From assembly GCA_973895155.1 (NCBI GenBank), contig OZ316897.1, positions 2,681,416-2,745,415 on the forward strand: DNA of 64,000 bases. Direction: 5' to 3'. Each line of letters starts with the position of its first letter. Position 1 is the stretch's first letter. The notes below the pieces were generated by a model. That model made no database searches. It was not told the DNA's origin and saw only the letters and a list, made by a program, of their open reading frames with translations. Positions 12,001-22,598 of this stretch are shown here, piece after piece. This stretch comes from Marsupella aquatica. Lineage: Eukaryota; Plantae; Marchantiophyta. Both the position numbers and the translations under genes were made by a program.

Positions 12001-12549
12001 TGTAGAATTTTGATAAAATGTGTTTTTTATTGTGACCATCGTGCACCACCGTCTTTGTTCCAATGATGAATCATATATGTCAATCGATCAGATCTGATGG
12101 GTTTTGTTAGTCATTGTTGTTTTTGAAGTGAACAAATTGATATAAAAAATGACTTATTCTAATCCAGAAAGTTACAAAAGGCTACTTTTTTGTCCCCACT
12201 CACATATTAATTTTTGTTTTCTTAAAATTTTTAACAGCATAATGACATAACATGAATGGTTGTGATTGGTTGTGCCTCAAACATTGCCATATGTGTATGG
12301 CAAAAAACTGGTGATGTAGTGCAACACTTGGGAAGAATTTTGACATCACTTGCTATGAGGGCCAAGAAAAAGGATAAATTCTTTCTGTGAATTTTATAAT
12401 GACCTGAAATAAACTCCGGATAATCTAAAAGTAAAGAAAGCTTTATGTGGCGTTTAGCTTGGCCTCCGTGACAATTGACTCTGTATCCTGATTTGGAACC
12501 GGACTGAAAATCTCAAAATCGATTACAAGGCGGCGGCGTACCCAACCTT

Positions 12550-12658
12550 AAAGACAGCGCTATTTGGGGTCTGGCCTGTTTTACTCCCGGTTTATTGGGT
12601 TTTACTTGACATACAAGTAACGTTCAAGATAAAATAAAATAAAAAGACAGCGCTATTT
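12550..12658 (+). mobile_element. 5'-truncated non-LTR retroposed fragment (77 bp) with 16-bp target-site duplication
   Basis: Perfect direct repeat AAAGACAGCGCTATTT at 12550-12565 and 12643-12658 flanks an insert ending in a (TAAAA)n tail. Confidence 0.8.
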
Positions 12659-15626
12659 CAGGGCAGGGAAGCCTCTAGAGCTCCCACTTGGCCAGGTTGT
12701 ACACCAGGACATGAGCCTGATTTGGTGGGGTCCCTAATCGCCTCTAGAATTATCTACAGCTACCCTGCGATTTGGCGTAGCCTGAACCAGACAAGTTGCC
12801 AAAAGTAAAGGCAGCCATGTGGGAACCAAACACATCTGCTCGAACTCCTATAATCCATTTGTTTGATACGGTGCATGCCTAAACTAAAAAGGTTGAACTA
12901 TGAAACAGAAGACACTATGGACATGAGAAACCGCACGAAAAACCTTTTTGTATTCAGATAGCGATTGTTTTTTGTAATCATTTCCAAAGTACATCCATCC
13001 GAGCAATGCTTTCATTAAAATATAGGGAGCTTTATCTTTCCTATTTCGAATGCAAACAAAAATAATTAGAGAATATCACTTATGACCTGACTGTTCACGG
13101 CCGTAGATCGTCTAGATTTGATTCGATGCAGACGGAGGATCTGTGAGGATAATATACTGGGCCTTCATGCGATATGGTACAGGGCTCAGCTGTACTATGG
13201 TTGCCTGGTACTGTTTCTTCCACCAGTCAGCAACTTATTGCGGTAATCAAGCATAGCACTAAGCGCCGTCTTTGCAGTGGCTTGTCGTATCTGGAACTCG
13301 AGAGCAGAATATGAGAATATATACACTATACAGCTATATTTTACGGTACCGCACGTTAATATCAGCCGGACTTTCCGGTGCCGCATTTGTTTTTGGGAGT
13401 AGCATATTGTGAAGTTGATGAAAATAAGGCACGGATGGACCTGGTTTGCTATGAAGCAAGGTAACTTTCCAAAGCTTGGGTGGACTTGTAAATTGATGAA
13501 AATAAAATCAGGATGGACCTAGGGTTTTCTCTGAAGCCATGATGGATTTTCCAAGTTTGGATGGACTAGCACAGAATGAATAGACTCTGGTAATAACTTT
13601 TTAAGGTTTTGATTGAAACCATGAACGGGCTACTTAGCTTTTGCACACAGTTCAATTTTGTTTTGCCCTGCGGTAAGTTGCTCCTCATGCCCTACTCCGG
13701 GCTTTCTTCATAAAACTGAAGCATCCTTCCCAAATGTGATAATGTTGCTCATGACCAAACTACTTAGAGTGTTCTTCACAAGAGTAAAACATTCATAGGC
13801 AGCTGCATTTTATTGTTTTAACCATTTTTACATTCTTAAACAATGGAGCAAATGATCTCATGAAGATCTCAAACTTTGTGAGGTAATAGATTGGGACATC
13901 AAAGTGAGTGCTGGAAAATCTGAGACTAAACATGTCCAAATAAGTGCACAAGTTTGCCAAAAACCAACTACTTACAGTTGGTGTGGGTGACTGGAAAAAC
14001 TACTCAAGTCCTTAGCAAAAGTGAAACTTCCTGCCAAAGGCTGTTGGTCACTAGAACTAGTGGGGTATTTTGACTTTCTTTCACCAGACTAAAGGATTGC
14101 CCATAGCCTCCCTTTGCAGACCTGGCTACAATCCTCGGGACTGATTTGCCTTCTTAGAGTTGGCCTTTGATGGAGCCCATGTTTCACGTACAGTAGTTGA
14201 CGGCCTGTAGGAAGTATTTTACAATAGGTTACTTAGAGAAAAGGAACATGTAGAACTGGAAGAAGTAAATTGGCGCAGCAAAGGGGGAGGTACACTATAT
14301 TCTGGTAGTGCAGGAGCGAGTGAAGAGGTTAGAAGTTCTTCTGGTCTTTCATATTTTGTTGGTTTGCTTTGGTGCAGGTGCTCCATGGTTGGAGCATTTC
14401 CATTTTGTTTCCCCGGCTCAGTGGATGTGGGGTGACCCGTCGCTCGGTCGCTGGTTGTCCTTTGACCTCTTTTGGCACTATTTGGGGTTCACGCGTGGGT
14501 TTTTATAAAATTAAAAAGTTTGTGAAGATAAAATGGTTGCAATCTTCAAATAGTGCAGAGAATCTGACGTTTGCTTTATACTCTTCCTGAACTTCAGCCT
14601 TGCCTTCTGTCAGGAAACTAGGCATTTTTCTCATCTGGGACTTAGAGAAAAATGCTCCACATCTGCATAGAATAGCCCTCGTCATATGCCAACTACTGTA
14701 GAATTGAGAAGGTAAATCAGGAACAGGCCCCACTGGTTATGTAAAGTGAAATGTGACATGCCATTGACAGTTTAGGATGACTTTACTAGATGTGGGGGCC
14801 CATTGCCTTGGTTTTATTCCCTCTAACCTAAAATCTTGATAGTACAATGAGTGGAATGAGCGGAATGACCTCCAGTTGGCTTTACAAGCACTAGGGGCCA
14901 AGTAATAAGGTATGGTGTCTATTGATCTTACATGGAAAACAGTGGGCCCAAATAAATGTATATGCGTAGTGCTTATTTTATGTAAAATTGTAGCCCACCT
15001 CCAAAGGTGGTCCAAACATTTACAAACTTTGGTTCCTTTATTCAAGTATTTACATTCATTAAAGTTAGTTTCGAAATATCTCTGGTATGGGGTGATGTTT
15101 AGGACAAGAAGTGGCCATCCAGTTGGCTTTGGTGAGAACAGTCACGTGTTCTGAAGAAACGATTATATTATTTGGATCACCAAGAAATCTGGATACATTG
15201 TTGCCCTTTATTCCATCAGCCTCAAGGGAGTCCTCATTCTCTTGAGAGTGAAGAAAGCCCTCCGTCCCATCCAGTCCCATCCAGTCCCAAGTCAAAGTTA
15301 GGGTCACCATGAAACCCTAAGGGATGTGATTTTCCCATCAGATTTTGGAGAAGGTTAGACCCTACATGAGAGCCAATGGAATACAAGCCTTAGTCTACAC
15401 ATCCCAATATCTCATCACAATAAAACTTATTTTCTTGAACTAATAAAGGACATATTACGGGATGGTCATCTCACAAATGTTTCATTCTTGGTCTTGTAAG
15501 GATCCTTGATGACTTTTACACTATTTTAGAATCTTCAGTTTTAATTCTTATATAATATTGTGATTTGAGAAAAGTATGTAGACTTGGTGAGTGGAAGTGA
15601 AGTTATCATTTGCTGCACCACTTGTC

Positions 15627-17789
15627 ATTAAGCACAAGAGGCAATCTCGAGGCTGATTAATGCCTATAATCATACTTAGTTGGGCAGCGGGGTCCTTCGG
15701 GCAGTTTTGGGTGACACATTGCCAGAATCGAGTGAGGGACGAGCCTTCACTCGAACCCTGTCCCTCCTGCCTTCCCCCTGTCCATGGCGCTTTCACTGAT
15801 GGCCCTAAGACCCAACTCCCTGTCCCTCCTGCAGCAGCCCGTCGCTGTGATCCCGTCACGACTGCTGCGCCCAAACCCCCCGTTGCTGCGAACACCCCGT
15901 CAATGTATTTACCGTATTTTACATTGTGAAACCCTTTGAACGATTGAGTTTGTGTGGAGGTGCGAGCATTATACGTGCTTAAGGTTTTAGGGCTGCTTAA
16001 TCGTCGACGCAATCGGTGCCATCGTTGCAATTTTCTACATTTCAACACAGCTCTGGAGCAAACACATCGGCATCTCAGGCAAGTCCTTCTTATGATGGCA
16101 TCCTTGAGCGATGTTAATGCTACCGGTCTCGACCGACATTGTCGTGTTGTTGGTCCAATGCCCGTGAAGTGTAGAGTGTCAAAGGAGCCCCCAAACTTGA
16201 CTTCTACAAACTTATCCACATTAGGAGCAACCCAGAGACTATTGCATGTGTGTTTGTTTACAGTGCCATTCCAGACCGAGGACAACAACAATGCATGGAC
16301 AACCTTCAACATAATACAATGGACAAAGTATATGAACGACAAAGTATATAAACTTTATAAAACAATTTTCCGGATTCATCATGAGGTGCTGGCATGAACA
16401 GCGGCCTCCGTTACAAAAAAACGTTGATCTTCCAATCATCTCGATACATCAGCCAATGTATAGTCTACTGTTTTGGCTGACGGGAGGAATACATATCTAG
16501 TGATGCACTGAAGGCATTTGCTAGCCTCTTCACAATGGACAACATATTCCCACTGTCCTCTACTTCCTCGCTTTCCTTGCTATGTTGGCTTCCTGATTCA
16601 TGTTCTATTGCACTAGACCCTTTGGGAGATTTGCGTCATCAAATTTGAACCACTCTTGTATGAAGTGCCATGCTTTGAGGTCATGGATTCCGGAGTGTCA
16701 TGCTTGAAGGTCGATCACTGCGAAGTCACGGGTAATGGCAATGTAGGATGAAGGACCCGTGGTGGAGTGTTATACGCAGCAGGAACCGGAGTTTTAGATG
16801 GAAGGACCCTTGCTGGAGGGCTCCATTGGGCACCACGCCTTGGCGTCAACGAAGGCTGCCACGTATGAGTGACAGCCTGAATGCTGCGAGTGGAAATCAG
16901 TTCGAGCTCCTGAATATGAATTACTCCGCATTGCACCCTAATTGTGACATTGCATATAGGCAAGCCCTTAGTAGCTTCGTGGACAAACAAGAATTGGTCC
17001 ACAGAGTCCATAGCTGCCAATTCCAGTGCAGAAACCTGCAGTAGGTTGCTCGCAGTGTCGTCAGACAAAAAGACCTGAAAACAAAACATTTGTATAAAGT
17101 TTCCATTCCCAACAGAATCATGGACACACAGCTTAAATGAGCCGGCCCTTCAATTGACACCTAACATATTCCCATGGGGGTCCTCTCGATGCATCCATGA
17201 TATGTGAATTTCCTGGGGAACGGATTGGCTGCCTCAAAATTAAGGATTGTGACGGGCATTGGACCAACGACATGACAATGTCGATCGAGAACGGCAGCAT
17301 TAACATCGCTCAAGGATGCCATCATAAGAAGGACATGCCTAAGACGCTGATGTGTCTGCTCCAGAGCTGTGTTGAAATGTAGGAAATTGCAACAATGGCA
17401 CCGATTGTGTCGACGATTAAGCAGCCCTAAACCTTAAGCATGTATAATGCTCACACCTCCGCGCAAACTCAATCGTTCAAAGGGCTTCACAATGTAAAAT
17501 ACAGTAAATACATTGACGGGGTGTTTGCAGTGACGGGGGGTTTGGGCGCAGCAGTCGCGACGGGATCGCAACGACGGGCTGCTGTGGGAGGGACAGGGAG
17601 TTGGGTCTTAGGGCCATCGGCGAAAGCGCCAGGGACAGGGCGAATCTGGGAGGGACAGGGTTCAAGTGAAGGCTCGTCCCACACTCGATTCTGGCGACGT
17701 GTCACCCAAAACTGCCCGAAGGGCTCAACTGCCCGACTAAATATGATTAGAGGCATTAATCAGCCTTGAGATTGACTCTCGTGCTTAAT
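15627..17789. mobile_element. Non-autonomous foldback DNA transposon with about 540-bp terminal inverted repeats and an 8-bp TSD
   Basis: 15627-~16164 is a diverged reverse complement of ~17252-17789; termini ATTAAGCAC...GTGCTTAAT; CACTTGTC duplicated at 15619-15626 and 17790-17797. Confidence 0.9.
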
Positions 17790-18866
17790 CACTTGTCCTT
17801 GTGTTATCATTATGAAATTTTATATTTGCTGTCATTAATATGATGTGTGAAAAAATACCAGTAAACTGTATACTATACTGTGTATGAAGTGGGATATGAA
17901 CTACTAAAACACAAATACTATGTACACTGTGGTACATTTAGATGACAAGTTTTCGTAACATTTCATTATTTTTTCTTAGGAAGGTTAAGACACGTAGGTG
18001 CATTCATCAGGGATCTTGAAAACAAATCATGCTTTATGGGCGGGGGGATCTTTGACATGATTGGGTGGTGGGACCCCTAAAACGAAGCCGAAAAAGTGTC
18101 TCGATAGGGACAATTTAAAGAAAACTATTAGGATATGGATAAATCACAAGGGGAATAATGTGTGTTTATTAAAAAATTGTTTATTAAAAAATTGAAGGGA
18201 TATATTCACGAAAATATAAGGAATAAACCCAAATGACGTATGTCAAGTTCACAAGTATCACTGAAAAATATCTATTGGGCACAAAGTCAGAAAAACACTA
18301 GTACTGTGACTGTTGCACATGATATTCCCATGTTATCATTTTTTACTTGTGTAGACTTCACTGGATCTTCCATTCTTGTCCAAAACTAAGCATGGATGGA
18401 TTGCAAGGTTGTCTGTCTCTTGCAACCCGATGGACCTTGAATCTCCTTGTCAGTGTCTCGAATGGCAGTGTGATCTGATCTGACATTATGTACAACTCAA
18501 ATTGAACCAAGCAAGGGGGAGGATCTTAAAATGCTGATTTGAATCACAGTTGCTGATGCCACTTTGAACTTGGGCTGAGTTGGGAGTGTCATGGTTACTT
18601 GCTAACAGACCTCGAGTTGAGGTGTTAAGCCGTGCTTGGTCTTCCGACCCCAGTCAAAGAAATTAACCCCAAGTCTCGTACACTAGTTCCATGGTATCTT
18701 CTCAAAGATGACATACCAGACTGCTCAATAAGCAGGAGGGACCCAACTTCTGAGAGGGACAGGCTAGGGGTAATTTTTAAGATTCTTTTTTTTTAGGTGG
18801 CCACTGTCAGCTTGTGTGGAGAGAAGATATTATGGAAATTCTCATCCCTAGATTGATTTTTGATCG

Positions 18867-19140
18867 TTGGATCTTCCTAGATTTAAGGATTACTGTCAAC
18901 TTGGATCTTCCTAGATTTAAGGATTACTGTCAAATTCTAGTAATGGGGTTTGTGGCTAGGTGAGAAACCTGCTAATGGAAGACAAAAAGTCTGGCCAATG
19001 TCACTTTGTTAGAAGGAGAAGATACTAAGGATATTTCCTATCTACAGTGTTTCCTAGATTAATTTATGATACGTAGATCTCCCTACATTTAAGGATGACC
19101 ATGAGATTCTGCTAATGGGGTGTTAAATTGGCTAATCGAA
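18867..19140. repeat. Dispersed repeat fragment with a local 34-bp tandem duplication
   Basis: TTGGATCTTCCTAGATTTAAGGATTACTGTCAA occurs twice (about 18867-18933). The segment 19076-19140 (GATCTCCC...ATTTAAGG...AGATTCTG..CTAATGGGG...TGGCTAAT) recurs at about 62600-62670. Confidence 0.7.
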
Positions 19141-20066
19141 ATCAAAAAGCAAGGCTAGCTTTAAGCGAAAGCAAACCTGGCGAAGACTTTTGGGTGAGGT
19201 GGAATTTTTGGGGATTTTCCGCCGCTAGAAAAATGCTCCAGACGCATATCAAAGTGGACTTTTCTCGAGAAACGAGCAGGGGCAGACAGATAGATACTGT
19301 GGCGAGACGATTGTCGATCGGAGGCGAAGGGCACCGACGGGAAGAGAGAAAACGAGGGTAGAAAGTTGATATTGTAGGCCTGGAGATGGACTGGCGGAGA
19401 CTGTGGAGAAGGGGCGAATGGGCGAAGCGATGGGTTGTGGGAGAGCTGAAGCAAGCAAGCAAGCAGCGCTTCTGTTGAGTGAGTGAACAACAGAAGAACG
19501 GGCATTGGGAGGGAGAAATGGCGATGTTAACAGTAGTCGAGTGCGTCGATGGGCGATGTGGAGCTCTCGAGAGTGAACGAAGTGGATGACAATCAGAGAG
19601 TTTACGTGCTATAAGGAGTAGCTCAGGCGAGTGCAGCTGAGTTTGGGAATGACCTAAACAGTCGAAGGCTAGGTGCCGTGGGAGGGAATGGCGGGAGCAG
19701 GGCAGCGAGCTCGGTGGAGGCAAGGAGGTGGAGAACAACGAGAAATTGGAGTGGGAGGGGAATGAATTTAGTTCGAGTCCACGGGGACGGTACAGGGCTA
19801 GGGTGTCAACAATGTGCAAAGCGTACCCGGAGTCAAGGATTGACAGTCGGACTAGGAGGTCAGGTAATAGGGCATTTATTAGGAAGAAGATCATAGCTGG
19901 GGGAAAAAGAAGAGGATTAGGAAAGACAAGGAGGAGAGAGGAGAGAGGAGAGAGGAGAGAAGGAATTCTTTTTAGGATTCGGGGCGTGGTTTAGACGAAT
20001 TCGCCGATGAGGTGGAGGAGATGGTGAAGGTTTCAAAGCAATTGAGAGTTAGAACCAGCAGCAGGC

Positions 20067-22598
20067 ATGGACCAACAGCAGCAGCAAAAGCAGAATCAGC
20101 AGCAGGTTGTGGAAATGGGAGGGTTTTCCCTAGAACTCGCGTCTCAAGCATTGGCAGCTACGGGCGCCAAATCCACTCTCAAAGCCACGGAATGGATTCT
20201 GGAACAGCGCCGCGCCGCAGATTTGTCCCACAAGCCCAACAACAACAACAATGCCATCGTCGGCAAGGGCGGCAGGGCGAGCCAGTCAAGGCTGGACCTT
20301 TTTTTCCAGAGTGGGAACGCCAACACTTCGACCGCCTTGCAGCTGAGATCTGTCCCGGAAGATGACCGGGGTTGTTCTGCCGGCGGTGGTGGTGGTCTTG
20401 ATGAAAGTGACAGCAATACGTCCGATACTCGTGAGGATGACGTTTCCGAAAATGCCCAATCAGGTGGATCGGGAGAAGGAGCAGACACAGCCATAGTAGG
20501 AGGTTTTGATAGTGGCGGAGGAGCACAGCTGGGATGGTGGCCTGTAAATTCTGTTCGAGGAGAGCGAGAGGGTGTAGGATCATCAGGCCATGGAGCAGGG
20601 GGAGGAGTGAGGGCCTCAGACAAAACTCCACGATTCGGTCTGGCCAAAGGTGGCTCAATGACACCTGTGACGAGGGAGGAGGAACCAGCACCAGAAGTTG
20701 TTGGTGGTGGCGCTTCTAGTCAGGTCAAGCGTGCCTCGTTGGGTAAGAAAGCTAATCATGTTGGTGGTGGTGGAAGTGGCTCTGCTCCCAAACGACTAAA
20801 ACAATACGGAGCTGAAGCTCATGAATCAGCTCTAGCTCCGATTTTCTCCAGTCCTCAGACCTTTCGGCTCAGTAGCAAGCAGAAGGTTGCGAATGTAGCA
20901 GCGGAAAATAAGCCGGGGAATAGGAAAAGCCTGGCCCCCTTAGCAGAGAGAATGAGACCAGTCACTGTAGATGACATCGTGGGGCAGGATTCTCCACGGC
21001 AAATGTTGAGGAATTTACTGGACAATGCAATAGTGCATTCCATGATTTTATATGGACCACCTGGAACTGGGAAGACCTCTTTGGCCAGAGCAATTGCCCG
21101 CTCGTTGCCGGGGTGTCACTTTGTTGGTCTGTCTGCTGTCCACAGCGGGACTAAGGAGGTGAGAGTGGTGCTGGAGGAGGCCAAGAAGCAGAGGAAGCGA
21201 CACGGGCGAAGGACGCTCCTCTTCCTGGACGAGGTGCACAGATTCAACAAAACGCAGCAGGATCTGTTTCTCGCCTCTGTGGAAGATGGTGACATTATTT
21301 TCGTAGGAGCCACGACTGAGAATCCGTCGTTCGAAATCAATGCTGCTCTCCTCTCCAGGTGTCCAGTGCTCACTCTTTATAAACTGGAACCCGAGCATTT
21401 GAGGAAGTTGTTGGAAAGGGCAATTGCAGATCGGGAGAAAGGAGTGCTTGCCTCACTTCCAGATTGTGCATCTGTTACTGGAGCTGGAGATTGTATCATT
21501 AGAGTCGAGGAGGATGCGTTGGTCTTCCTGGCCGGTGCAGCTGACGGAGATGCCAGAGTTGCCCTGAATGCCATTGAGGTGGCCGCCGCTGTCGCCTATT
21601 CTGAGGCTAAAGTCAGCAGAACTCAAAGTAAGGAAGTGATTGGCACCGTTCTCACTTGTCGAGCCGGAGCTCTGGAGAAGATAGGATCGTCGGGTAACAT
21701 AACCGGACTGGGGAAGTCTGTATATGTGACTGAAAGAGGTGGCAACGGATTTGGATCCAAACGTTTGGAGGCTTTGATTGAGAATGCTAGGGATAGCTCC
21801 CCCGCGAATGAGGATTATTCCAAGCCGTTCAAGAGGTTTGTGGGTGGGAAAGAAATTACCCCTTTGCACAGGTTTGAGAGGGAGGTGGTGTCTCTGAGCG
21901 CTGGAGATGGGAGCAAAGACGCCATGTCTCTCAGGGGCGTGGAGCCGACAGAGCCAATTGAAAGCAAATTGAGCAATCCAGACGCAATAGTGCCAGATGG
22001 AGCTGATTTGGATGTGAGTGGAGGACCTGGACTGGTGGTGAGAGTGACCCTAACTCATGCTCGCGAAGCCTTCCAAAGGTCTCACATTCTATACGACAAG
22101 ACTGGGGAGGAACATTACAACATCATAAGTGCTTTACACAAGTCCATGAGGGGGGCGGATGCAAACGCCGCTATATACTGGTTAGCTAGAATGCTGGAAG
22201 GGGGTGAAGGGCCTTTATATGTGGCACGGAGACTTATTAGATTTGCGAGTGAGGATGTTGGTTTGGCTGATCCCCACGCCATGGAGGTGGCTGTGGCATG
22301 CTATCAAGCCTGCCACTTTTTGGGGATGCCCGAGTGTAATGTCAACCTGGCCCAGTGCGTCGTGTATCTTGCCGACGCTCCGAAGTCAGTGGTGGTGTAT
22401 CAGGCCATCGAGGCTGCGCAAAAGCTAGTCAGGGAGACGCAGCAGAATGAGCCCGTTCCTTTTCATCTTCGCAATGCTCCTACAAGGCTCATGAAGGACA
22501 TGGGCTATGGACGGGGATATATATATCCTCCGGGTCATCCTGGGCGAGTCGAGCAAGAGTACATGCCTCCATCACTACAGGGACACAAGTTTCTGTAA
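20067..22598 (+). CDS. WRNIP1: WRNIP1/MgsA(RarA)-family AAA+ ATPase with N-terminal UBA domain, intronless
   Basis: 843-aa ORF: UBA-like N-terminus, PLAERMRP, Walker A GPPGTGKTS, Walker B LLFLDEVHRFNK, GATTENPSF, and the MgsA C-terminal HYNIISALHKSMRG and ASEDVGLADP. Confidence 0.97.
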   Translation: MDQQQQQKQNQQQVVEMGGFSLELASQALAATGAKSTLKATEWILEQRRAADLSHKPNNNNNAIVGKGGRASQSRLDLFFQSGNANTSTALQLRSVPEDDRGCSAGGGGGLDESDSNTSDTREDDVSENAQSGGSGEGADTAIVGGFDSGGGAQLGWWPVNSVRGEREGVGSSGHGAGGGVRASDKTPRFGLAKGGSMTPVTREEEPAPEVVGGGASSQVKRASLGKKANHVGGGGSGSAPKRLKQYGAEAHESALAPIFSSPQTFRLSSKQKVANVAAENKPGNRKSLAPLAERMRPVTVDDIVGQDSPRQMLRNLLDNAIVHSMILYGPPGTGKTSLARAIARSLPGCHFVGLSAVHSGTKEVRVVLEEAKKQRKRHGRRTLLFLDEVHRFNKTQQDLFLASVEDGDIIFVGATTENPSFEINAALLSRCPVLTLYKLEPEHLRKLLERAIADREKGVLASLPDCASVTGAGDCIIRVEEDALVFLAGAADGDARVALNAIEVAAAVAYSEAKVSRTQSKEVIGTVLTCRAGALEKIGSSGNITGLGKSVYVTERGGNGFGSKRLEALIENARDSSPANEDYSKPFKRFVGGKEITPLHRFEREVVSLSAGDGSKDAMSLRGVEPTEPIESKLSNPDAIVPDGADLDVSGGPGLVVRVTLTHAREAFQRSHILYDKTGEEHYNIISALHKSMRGADANAAIYWLARMLEGGEGPLYVARRLIRFASEDVGLADPHAMEVAVACYQACHFLGMPECNVNLAQCVVYLADAPKSVVVYQAIEAAQKLVRETQQNEPVPFHLRNAPTRLMKDMGYGRGYIYPPGHPGRVEQEYMPPSLQGHKFL

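Noticed and set aside
13600-15330. Possible transposase or gene relic on the minus strand
   Set aside because: Fragments look coding-like, but I could not match any motif to a family.
15548-17769. Paired ORFs of 264/109 aa and 89/89 aa that resemble each other
   Set aside because: Their similarity is explained by the terminal inverted repeats; no recognisable domain.
19142-19894. 250-aa minus-strand ORF divergent from WRNIP1
   Set aside because: Low-complexity Ser/Leu/Pro translation of a CT-rich strand; no domain or splice support.
20144-21869. Several long antisense ORFs over WRNIP1 (likewise over the DUF179, GNAT and SRPBCC genes)
   Set aside because: Expected shadows of GC-rich coding sequence.
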